Assembly: GCA_017549805.1 (NCBI GenBank)
Contig: JAFYNJ010000018.1
Location: forward strand, 12,503-76,502
Direction of reading: 5' to 3'
DNA length: 64,000 bases
DNA from: Bacteroidales bacterium
GTDB lineage: Bacteria; Bacteroidota; Bacteroidia; Bacteroidales; F082
Position numbers and translations under genes: made by a program. The notes beneath the pieces were generated by a model. That model worked only from the letters and a program-made list of their open reading frames with translations, was not told where the DNA came from and searched no databases. Shown here one piece after another: positions 46,137 to 53,545 of the stretch; the first letter of the stretch is position 1; every line of letters starts with the position of its first letter.

Positions 46137-46358
46137 TTAAAGTTTTGTGACTTCGAACATCGAATCCGAAATACTTCCTTCAATTCGATTCCCCGTTTGT
46201 TCTGCCCACATATGGACAGCATTTGTGGCATGTCCACGGGACAAATCGTTGTTGCTCTCAACTATAAAAGATTCTCCTTTTTTGTAGCGTTTGCCTCCAG
46301 CAAAGAAAGCACCGTCACGAGTGACTGTAACAAGAAATTGCGCCATAGTTTTATGCAA
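46137..46358 (-). CDS. Hypothetical small protein (73 aa; may start at the MAQFLV Met)
   Basis: ORF followed by a clear terminator. Family not recognised with confidence. Confidence 0.5.
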   Translation of the reverse strand: MHKTMAQFLVTVTRDGAFFAGGKRYKKGESFIVESNNDLSRGHATNAVHMWAEQTGNRIEGSISDSMFEVTKL

Positions 46359-46441
46359 TTGCCTTTACATTGCGAGGTTGTTATTGTTTTTTGTTTATTT
46401 AAATTTCTTTTTCAGCAAGCAACTCTTGTAATTGCCAGACC

Positions 46442-46738
46442 TCAATCCAACCTCCAGCCGTCTGCGACAAGGTCTTCCATGGAGTCGTAATGGGCAATGA
46501 TTGGCCCGTTCTCTTTTTTCTCAAAAGCATCGTCCTCTGTCGAGAAGAAGTCCTCGTCCGAAATGACACGGATATTATATTTACAGTTATGCAAATCAGA
46601 AGTGCTGATGTAGGGCACCGCGTCTTCGGGAACACCCTCGTGATAAGGTTTAAACACAGGGGTGGGCGGCATGCATTTCTCATAAATCTCTCGTAGCATT
46701 TCAAGTTGCCTCATTCTTTGTTCTTGTTCTCTATCCAT
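46442..46738 (-). CDS. Hypothetical protein (98 aa), acidic
   Basis: ORF tightly packed (3 nt) behind 46741..46935. No motif recognised. Confidence 0.5.
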   Translation of the reverse strand: MDREQEQRMRQLEMLREIYEKCMPPTPVFKPYHEGVPEDAVPYISTSDLHNCKYNIRVISDEDFFSTEDDAFEKKENGPIIAHYDSMEDLVADGWRLD

Positions 46739-46740
46739 TT

Positions 46741-46935
46741 TCAGTTTGTCTCCTTCTTTTTATAATGGATCAAGACGATGGTTTTGTTTTGACACTCTGA
46801 GAGTTTGATGTCAACAACGTCAACATATTTATCATTGACTTGCAACCATTGGTTTACTTTGTCTTGTATCTCTTCGATGTTGTCGTGAAACACCTTCACT
46901 GAGTTAGTATTGTTCATTCCATGTACTACTGCCAT
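46741..46935 (-). CDS. Hypothetical small protein (64 aa), Cse60-like layout
   Basis: VKVFHDNIEEIQDKVNQWLQVNDKYVDVVDIKLSE...IVLIHYK resembles the small Cse60/DUF2758-type pattern. Weak, from recollection only. Confidence 0.4.
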   Translation of the reverse strand: MAVVHGMNNTNSVKVFHDNIEEIQDKVNQWLQVNDKYVDVVDIKLSECQNKTIVLIHYKKKETN

Positions 46936-46961
46936 AGTTCTTGATATTTATTGGTTTGTGT

Positions 46962-47579
46962 TTATAGATTTCCCAGCCAAATGCCTCGGCACAAAGCCTT
47001 GGCGGTTTCATGGTCAACAATGCGCATCAACTGATAGGTGTATTTGTCTGTTGCCTCATCATCAATCGCCTCCAAATCAAAAGCATCCCAATACTCCTTA
47101 CCGTATTCAGGGCACAAGAACCTTATCACATCGACAAATGTGATTTTCTCGAATCGTTTCAAGTGGTCATTTTTAACATATTCCCGAAGCCAATAACTAC
47201 CTGCCCAAAACGCAACCGTTCTTTGTCCTATAGTCGCTTTATCCTTATCCAATGTCAGAATCCCCAAAAGCCTCATGGCTTGATAAGGAGGAATATTGGC
47301 ACCTTGCTCCGCCAATTCATAGAACATTTTTTCGTCTTCATTTAATTCTTCCACCATCTTAGGATTTGAGTCATCCTCTGAACCATTGAAGACAACATCA
47401 ATGAGAGCCTTCACATTATTTCTTTCTTCCAACCAATCTTCCGCCTCCAAAGCATCAATTTGCTGATCGATGGCATTTATTTCTGCGACATCGGTCAGAG
47501 CGGCCTTCTTTTGCTCTAATTCCATGATTTGAAGCCGTCGTTCACGTAATCCTTTTGATTTTTCTATAGAATCATTCAT
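46962..47579 (-). CDS. Hypothetical protein (205 aa) with N-terminal coiled-coil module
   Basis: The N-terminus RRLQIMELEQKKAALTDVAEINAIDQQIDALEAE is the third copy of the island module. The C-terminal 140 aa is unassigned. Confidence 0.5.
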   Translation of the reverse strand: MNDSIEKSKGLRERRLQIMELEQKKAALTDVAEINAIDQQIDALEAEDWLEERNNVKALIDVVFNGSEDDSNPKMVEELNEDEKMFYELAEQGANIPPYQAMRLLGILTLDKDKATIGQRTVAFWAGSYWLREYVKNDHLKRFEKITFVDVIRFLCPEYGKEYWDAFDLEAIDDEATDKYTYQLMRIVDHETAKALCRGIWLGNL

Positions 47580-47605
47580 CTGCTTATAGTTATTCTGTTT
47601 TCATT

Positions 47606-47977
47606 TCAGTCCCAGTGACGCCAAGTGTTTTCTTTAGTGCTAACACGATACCCATCATTCACCAACAAATCAACAAGGGACGAAAACGGCTTTGACATGG
47701 TGATACAAGCCACTCCTTTAGGATCCCAACATTCTATGGTCTCAACCGAATCTGGGAAAGCGATTTTGGTCAATGCTGTACATCCCAAAAAAGCATTAGG
47801 ATTTATCGTTTCAACCGTTTTTGGCAAAACCACTTCTTTCAAATCTGTATAATTCAAAAAAGCTCCACTATCAATTATCTTTGTTCCATCAGGAATGACA
47901 CACACACCATCTTTGATATCATCGGGATGACCAAAATAATGATCATACTTTCCTATTCTTTTATCTGCTTTTGCCAT
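47606..47977 (-). CDS. Small BspA-type leucine-rich-repeat (LRR_5-like) protein
   Basis: IPDGTKIIDSGAFLNYTDLKEVVLPKTVETINPNAFLGCTALTKIAFPDSVETIE matches the IPxxVxxIGxxAFxxCxxL repeat. Confidence 0.55.
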   Translation of the reverse strand: MAKADKRIGKYDHYFGHPDDIKDGVCVIPDGTKIIDSGAFLNYTDLKEVVLPKTVETINPNAFLGCTALTKIAFPDSVETIECWDPKGVACITMSKPFSSLVDLLVNDGYRVSTKENTWRHWD

Positions 47978-48100
47978 ATTATTTGTTTTTATTTTTTTCT
48001 ATCCTTTTTTTCATCGCAAAGAAACACCCATTTCCTCAATCCCATCTGGATCTTATTGGTTCATATCACCCCGCCGTTTGACAACACAAAAAAAGCGTGA

Positions 48101-48108
48101 TACTTTTG
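48101..48108 (+). promoter_or_regulatory. -7 promoter box TActTTTG pointing into the long hairpin
   Basis: Exact TAnnTTTG match 7 nt before the hairpin base at 48115. Confidence 0.35.
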
Positions 48109-48114
48109 CATCCG

Positions 48115-48231
48115 CTTATCGAGGTGTTTGGCATACCTAAAGAAACCGAATGTTAAAAGTTCACGCTATACGGCGTGACTTTTAGCATTATCTCCGTTTC
48201 TTTATCCAAAAATCGCCAAACTTCCGATAAG
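48115..48231. ncRNA. 117-nt imperfect hairpin: candidate sRNA, or structured 5' leader/antisense pair
   Basis: Manual pairing: 48115-48121 with 48225-48231; 48126-48132 with 48215-48221; 48139-48146 with 48196-48203; 48152-48159 with 48179-48186; 48161-48166 with 48173-48178. Loop TATACG. Strand undetermined. Confidence 0.45.
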
Positions 48232-48316
48232 AAAGATTACTGCTAATTGTCTGTATTGCTTATCTCATACGCCTTGCGGCAAGATCACTTCATAGGCATT
48301 TTTTTGTTTTACGCTT

Positions 48317-48324
48317 CAAAGATA
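48317..48324 (-). promoter_or_regulatory. -7 promoter box (minus strand TAtcTTTG), candidate promoter of the small-gene island
   Basis: The plus strand reads CAAAGATA. It lies just downstream (minus sense) of the lipoprotein gene terminator, about 340 nt before the ATG at 47977. Confidence 0.4.
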
Positions 48325-48363
48325 AGTATTTTTTGAAATCAATCAAAGCGATTGTTGGTTTTT

Positions 48364-48404
48364 ATAAAAAAAAGCGGCAACGCCTTTTTCCTGACGATGC
48401 CGCT
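48364..48404 (-). terminator. Rho-independent terminator after the 48437..49261 lipoprotein gene
   Basis: Minus strand reads AGCGGCA-N18-TGCCGCT followed by T8. Confidence 0.6.
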
Positions 48405-48436
48405 CAAAGAACCTGACGTTCCAACTTCAGTCATCT

Positions 48437-49261
48437 CTATTCATCATATTCAAAGACCGCGTCAGTAAAACTCTCTTCAATCTTTTCATAACGCTTCTTC
48501 TGGGTCGAGGTCATCTTGCCCGACTTGTATGCCTTATCCAGTTCATCCTCTAAATCGTCAGCCGCCCAAAAGTATTTATCAACTTGAGATTCAACACTCT
48601 TGTCTCCCTTGCTAAGCTTCTTTACATACTTGATATATTCGTTCACGTTCTTTTCATAATCATCAAGCATTTTGTTCCAGTCTTGGCTGGATGATGACGA
48701 TGAAACGGTGGTGTTGTTAGCCGTGCTACTTGAACTGCTTGACTTGTGAGCCCAACTCAATTCCACAGTCAGACCAATCCCGTCAATAAGGTCAAAATAG
48801 GCTTTTTGTTTTTTGTATGATTTATCACCAAAACCATATTCAATGATCGGGACATTCCCCGTGATAAGCTCATTCGATTTCAACAGCTTTTCTCCACTTT
48901 GATAATCCGTCTGAACATCGAGATCCACCTTCATATTATACTGGTCGATGTACTTGGCATATATTCTTACCCCATAAATACTATGATCAAGTTTGGGATC
49001 ACTTCCTGGTATTTCGTTCCAAAGAGTTGTGTTTTTTAGCGGAAGATCGGCACGAATCTCCCATTTGTCACCCTCCACCCCAACTGGAACAAGCATCAAC
49101 GTGACGGGATCCTCAATCTCAAAAAGATCGGCATTTTTCCCGTCAATGCTCACCCTATCGGATGAAATCGTCTTGCTTAACACTTTCTTTTTCTGGCATG
49201 AGGTGACGGTAACCGCTAACAACATCAGGACAACAAGTCCAAACAGTCCTGTCTTTTTCAT
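48437..49261 (-). CDS. Lipoprotein with poly-Ser linker, unknown function
   Basis: Lipobox LLAVTVTSC. Internal SSSSSSTANNTTVSSSSSS linker, then a charged helical C-terminal domain. Confidence 0.65.
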   Translation of the reverse strand: MKKTGLFGLVVLMLLAVTVTSCQKKKVLSKTISSDRVSIDGKNADLFEIEDPVTLMLVPVGVEGDKWEIRADLPLKNTTLWNEIPGSDPKLDHSIYGVRIYAKYIDQYNMKVDLDVQTDYQSGEKLLKSNELITGNVPIIEYGFGDKSYKKQKAYFDLIDGIGLTVELSWAHKSSSSSSTANNTTVSSSSSSQDWNKMLDDYEKNVNEYIKYVKKLSKGDKSVESQVDKYFWAADDLEDELDKAYKSGKMTSTQKKRYEKIEESFTDAVFEYDE

Positions 49262-49355
49262 CTGAAAATCCCTAATTCCGTGTCGGGCGCAACTTCTAAA
49301 GGTAAATTGAAATACCTTGCAAAGAAACGCCCTTTCAACGGAATATCCGCGGATC

Positions 49356-50486
49356 TTATTGGCTCATGTTTTGGGCGTTTTCCTCATTGATCCTATCCGA
49401 CAACCTGAAACAAACCGCGTTGTACTTCTCGTTGTGGAGATGCTCCCAGGCCGTGACGAACTCATCACGGGTTTTCGGATCGTCGAGCAAGGGTGACTGG
49501 ATGTCCTGCAGCAACGACCTGCAAACCTTCACCCGATCCACAAAGTCAAGAGAAACCTCTTGACTGGATTTGCCACTGTCAAGGTCGGCCAACACGGGGT
49601 TGTACATGCTGTCGATGATATGCTCCGCCCTATCGAGAAGTTCCGTGAACTCAAGGGAATAACCATCGAGGCGAGACAGCTCTTTCGACCTCATGAAAAA
49701 CAACGCCGCCAATAGGCCCAATACGGCAACTACCAAAGCCAACTTAGGCCAGACGGCCCTGTTTCGGAAAGCCTTCTGTACGGCTTCAATATTGCCGTAA
49801 CGGCGCTCCCTGTCTTGACGAGAACACTTGGCGGCAATGTGTCGGAAACGATTCGGAAAGACCTCTCGCAACAACATGCCGAAAGTGTAAATGTCGGCGC
49901 GACCGTCAATCTTCACCTCGGGCTGTATCTGCTCCGGCGCCATGTATTGCTGCGTGCCTGCGGGTTGCTTCAACAAGGCATAATCGTCCGCATCGGAAAG
50001 ACCGAAGTCAATCAGCTTTACATTGTGACCATTACGGGTAATCAGGATGTTACTCGGCTTCAAGTCGCGATGGACGATTTGCTTACCATGGACATACTTC
50101 AAGGCATCCAAGATCTGTTCCAGCACCTTCTTTTTCTCCGAAACTGATGGATTGGCCCTCAAAAACTCATCCAACGTCACTCCATCCACATACTCCATCA
50201 CAATGCACGGGCCCACCTCGGGATTCACCTCCTTGTATAACGCCTTCACGATGTTGAGATGATCCATCTGAATGGAAAGCTCATATTCCTTTTTCAGCAG
50301 ATCCAGGTACATGGGCTGCTGCATGAACTCCGGCTTCAAACCTTTCAGCAGGAACCATCTACCCTGACGCATGACCTTCACCAAGCGGTTGAATCCATGC
50401 GTCGTCAGCTCCTCGTAAGTCAGCTGCTCGTCTAAATCGGTGATAAAGCCGCCATCAATGATCTCGGAGGTGAAGTCTTCGTCCAT
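49356..50486 (-). CDS. Membrane-anchored serine/threonine protein kinase
   Basis: HRDLKPSNILI catalytic loop, DFGLS, APEQ. One TM helix (WPKLALVVAVLGLLAALFF) followed by a helical C-terminal domain of about 110 aa. Confidence 0.85.
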   Translation of the reverse strand: MDEDFTSEIIDGGFITDLDEQLTYEELTTHGFNRLVKVMRQGRWFLLKGLKPEFMQQPMYLDLLKKEYELSIQMDHLNIVKALYKEVNPEVGPCIVMEYVDGVTLDEFLRANPSVSEKKKVLEQILDALKYVHGKQIVHRDLKPSNILITRNGHNVKLIDFGLSDADDYALLKQPAGTQQYMAPEQIQPEVKIDGRADIYTFGMLLREVFPNRFRHIAAKCSRQDRERRYGNIEAVQKAFRNRAVWPKLALVVAVLGLLAALFFMRSKELSRLDGYSLEFTELLDRAEHIIDSMYNPVLADLDSGKSSQEVSLDFVDRVKVCRSLLQDIQSPLLDDPKTRDEFVTAWEHLHNEKYNAVCFRLSDRINEENAQNMSQ

Positions 50487-50502
50487 TTGCTTTCATTTCC
50501 AG

Positions 50503-50510
50503 CAAAAATA
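50503..50510 (-). promoter_or_regulatory. -7 promoter box (minus strand TAttTTTG) upstream of the kinase gene
   Basis: The plus strand reads CAAAAATA, 17 nt from the kinase ATG at 50486. Confidence 0.4.
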
Positions 50511-50570
50511 GACAAAAAACTTTCTTTTTTGCCCAAATCGTCGCATTTTTGCATTATAAAACCGAACCAC

Positions 50571-51134
50571 ATGAACAACGACAGCCCTGAAATACAGGAA
50601 CTCCTGAAACAAATTGAGGACCTTACCCACATCAAACCCAAATCCCCGTCCGATTTCGACCAACTCAGCGACATCATTTGGAAAAGCACCCACGAAACCC
50701 TTAGCGCCTCGACATTGAAACGTCTTTGGGGTTACTTCAAAGGCGTGGGGACCATCCGCAACAGCACTTTGGTCATCCTCTCCAAGTTTCTCGGCTTCAA
50801 AGGCTGGGACGACTTCCTCGCACATCTTAGTCAAGACAACGGGTCCGATCCCGTATTATCACCTATCGTAAAAACGGACGACCTGGCTGTCGGCGACCGT
50901 ATCACCGTGTCGTGGAAACCCAACCGCCGCTGCACCTTCCGCTATCTCGGCAACCAACAATTCATTGTGGAAAAAGCCGTCAATTCCAAATTGAAAGAGG
51001 GCAACACATTCCACTGCAATGTCTTCATCCTGGGCGCACCGCTCTACCTCACCGACCTAATTCAAAACCAAAAAGCTCCCGTGGCCTTCGTGGCAGGGAA
51101 AAAAGACGGATTGTGTGAAATCATCCGCTCCTAA
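50571..51134 (+). CDS. Hypothetical protein (187 aa), possible N-terminal HTH-like segment
   Basis: Start reset to MNNDSPEIQ. LSASTLKRLWGYFKG recalls the DNA-binding N-termini of some Bacteroidota proteins. Weak. Confidence 0.5.
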   Translation: MNNDSPEIQELLKQIEDLTHIKPKSPSDFDQLSDIIWKSTHETLSASTLKRLWGYFKGVGTIRNSTLVILSKFLGFKGWDDFLAHLSQDNGSDPVLSPIVKTDDLAVGDRITVSWKPNRRCTFRYLGNQQFIVEKAVNSKLKEGNTFHCNVFILGAPLYLTDLIQNQKAPVAFVAGKKDGLCEIIRS

Positions 51135-51140
51135 AAGCGC

Positions 51141-52313
51141 TCACTCCATCAACCGATAATACTTCGTCTGGTAATCAAGCTGGTGTTCAGCCATAACCCC
51201 AGGATGGAAAAGATAGATGAAATCGCCGAGCAGGCGCTCAGGTTCGATCTGCGAAGTCTCGAAATAACCCGTCTCTTGGATATCACAAACGATAATCTTA
51301 TGGTTCTTATATGCGTCAAACAAGGCATATGCCGAGTTTTCGCGCTTCAAGGTCTCGTAGGTCATCGGCAAGGAAGATGAGTTGGCCACGCGCCAAAAAT
51401 CGGCGTGCTGGGCCTTGGCTAGGATGGTTTCAGAATCCAAAGGGAAGCTGGCCGTAGAAGGATCGTCCTTCCAGATGTAATCGGCACCAGCATCCTCGAA
51501 AAGCTGGGCGATGTAGCTCTTGCCACCCGCTACATACCATTGGCCGTTGAAGGCCAAGTCGGAGAACACGGTGGGGCGCTCCCGAACGTCAGCACACCAA
51601 TCCTTCAACTCATTGTAGCGTTGTTCGATGTCATCGAACCAAGCATCGGCACGATCGCTGCTACCGGTCAACAAACCTACTACACGGATCCATTCAGCCC
51701 TACCCAAGGGGGTCGATTCCAAATAATCGGCAAAAGGAAACAACACTGCACCCGTCACCTTCAACGGATCTTGGTTGCCATCAAAATAAGGGGAATACAG
51801 AATGATGTCGGGATGCATCTGGATCATCAGTTCCATGTTCTTTGCCGATTCAGTGCCAACATCCTGCACCACCCCGTCGGCAAGCAGCTCCTTCATCTTG
51901 GGGCTATGGATGTTTCGACCTTCCAAGATGCCCTTTACACGGTCGATTTCATTCAATTCAATGAACACCGACCATTGCGTGGAAGAAAAGGAGATTACCG
52001 ACTGGACGGGAATCTTGACCACTGTCAAGCCATCGGCAGCAATCGACTGATCATGGAAAGGCTCTTCCACCAAGGCAAAGGCGCCCAAACGCTGGGTAGA
52101 ATCCCAAGGATTGAGCACCTCCATACAATAGCCGTAATCTGTAGAATAGGCAGTCACGTTCCGGGCATAGCGAAAAAGATTCCCGCCAACGCTATCTTGC
52201 TGCAAAACAGCCTCTGGAACCACCCGCTGCTGCGTATTGTTCCTGCATGACATCATCAAGAGCATCATGCAGAGCCACAACAGCGTGCTTATTTTGACAA
52301 GATTTCGAGACAT
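51141..52313 (-). CDS. Periplasmic binding protein (class Peripla_BP_2; iron-siderophore/cobalamin type), lipoprotein signal
   Basis: Signal MSRNLVKISTLLWLCMMLLMMSC. Overall resemblance to BtuF/FhuD-type binding proteins. It is the last gene of the riboswitch-led operon. Confidence 0.7.
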   Translation of the reverse strand: MSRNLVKISTLLWLCMMLLMMSCRNNTQQRVVPEAVLQQDSVGGNLFRYARNVTAYSTDYGYCMEVLNPWDSTQRLGAFALVEEPFHDQSIAADGLTVVKIPVQSVISFSSTQWSVFIELNEIDRVKGILEGRNIHSPKMKELLADGVVQDVGTESAKNMELMIQMHPDIILYSPYFDGNQDPLKVTGAVLFPFADYLESTPLGRAEWIRVVGLLTGSSDRADAWFDDIEQRYNELKDWCADVRERPTVFSDLAFNGQWYVAGGKSYIAQLFEDAGADYIWKDDPSTASFPLDSETILAKAQHADFWRVANSSSLPMTYETLKRENSAYALFDAYKNHKIIVCDIQETGYFETSQIEPERLLGDFIYLFHPGVMAEHQLDYQTKYYRLME

Positions 52314-52447
52314 TCCTTGCATAGGCAGTCGTTATACTGTTGCAACTTGGCCCGTGTTTGCTCGGTCAGCTCGACTTTGGCGCACCAGCAGTCTTTCGAA
52401 TGGACACACTCGAATTCCTTACCGCATCTCGGACATTTCTTCTTCAT
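52289..52447 (-). CDS. Cysteine-rich CWC family mini-protein (52 aa, below the ORF-track cut-off)
   Basis: Hand translation gives MKKKCPRCGKEFECVHSKDCWCAKVELTEQTRAKLQQYNDCLCKECLEILSK, with the pattern CPRCG...CWC...CLCxxC. Confidence 0.7.
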   Translation of the reverse strand: MKKKCPRCGKEFECVHSKDCWCAKVELTEQTRAKLQQYNDCLCKECLEILSK

Positions 52448-52456
52448 TCTGTCTTC

Positions 52457-53542
52457 TCAATTAAACAACATAAATCCCGGGCAGATGCCTGCAGTGAACG
52501 AACTCAACAGCACACCGTCCGACGAATAGCGATACACCTCGCCGTCAACCGTATAGTTTTTGGCATCCGTCACATACACATCGCCGCTATTGGGATCCAC
52601 GGCAATCTTGTAGAACATCTTGCCCTCCCCGGAAATCACAAAAGCATCCTCGACGGTTGGATTATTGATGCTGACACGATGCACATCGCCGCCATTGACA
52701 TAATCTCCTCCACGGAAATAATAGAGATAACTCCCCGAAGGATCGACGGCCAGGTTCATGGCAGTCTCCTCGAATTCGACCATACGCGATGCGTTTTTCG
52801 TTGCCGGATCGATCATCCAAAGCGAAGGGGACTCGGGATTGGCATCCCACACAGCACCTTCGCAAAGCACCCAAACCTTACCGTTCTTGTCTGCCACCAT
52901 GCCGTTGGGCTCCTTGCCCACCGTGATTTCAGCCACTTTCACATCGTTTTCGATGTCAACCACCTGAACGGTATTGTTCTCCATCCCTGGAACATAATAA
53001 CTCGACCAGTTGGTCACATACAATTCCCGGCCGACCTGCACCATGGTTTCGGTGGATTTTCCCATGTCGATGCTGCCGGTATGCGTCATGTCTTGCGGAT
53101 TGACGATCCATAGCACCGTGCTCATCAAATCGGAGACGTATGCTTTGTTGGGAGCCACTGCCAGCATGTAACGAGGCGAGTCAAAATCCGTGATCATGTA
53201 AGGCTTCGTCAAGTCGCACTTGATGGTATTGGCATCGACCTTATAGATGATGTTGCTATTGTTGACCACGATATAGAGCATGCCGTCGATGAGTGCCAAG
53301 CTCTGTCCGGTATCGCCGAGGACCGCACCGTCGTTGGCACGGTAAAAGAGCCTGTTGGCAACAGTGTCCATCTCGGGATCGTAGAATGTCAGCGTGGAGC
53401 CACCATTGGTGAAACTTCCCTCGTTGATAACAAAAACGCCCTTGCCTATAGTCACGGTTTCCGGATCATTCGGCTCGTCGGGCGTACAGGAAGCCAACAG
53501 CATTGCCATCAGGCATAAAAGCAAAACATGAATCTTTTTCAT
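52457..53542 (-). CDS. Surface lipoprotein, YncE/DUF5074-like beta-propeller
   Basis: Lipobox LLASC. Repeated blade-like segments (GVFVINEGSF..., LYIVVNNSN..., LYVTNWSS..., YVTDAKNY...). Confidence 0.65.
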   Translation of the reverse strand: MKKIHVLLLCLMAMLLASCTPDEPNDPETVTIGKGVFVINEGSFTNGGSTLTFYDPEMDTVANRLFYRANDGAVLGDTGQSLALIDGMLYIVVNNSNIIYKVDANTIKCDLTKPYMITDFDSPRYMLAVAPNKAYVSDLMSTVLWIVNPQDMTHTGSIDMGKSTETMVQVGRELYVTNWSSYYVPGMENNTVQVVDIENDVKVAEITVGKEPNGMVADKNGKVWVLCEGAVWDANPESPSLWMIDPATKNASRMVEFEETAMNLAVDPSGSYLYYFRGGDYVNGGDVHRVSINNPTVEDAFVISGEGKMFYKIAVDPNSGDVYVTDAKNYTVDGEVYRYSSDGVLLSSFTAGICPGFMLFN

Positions 53543-53545
53543 GGG

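Noticed and set aside
48115-48231. Identity of the long hairpin as SRP RNA, 6S RNA, tmRNA, RNase P RNA or a known riboswitch
   Set aside because: It lacks the SRP domain IV motif and GNRA loop, and the 6S closing-stem and large central bubble layout formed by both transcript ends. It also lacks the tmRNA/RNase P conserved boxes and any riboswitch core I recognise. It is kept only as an unclassified candidate.
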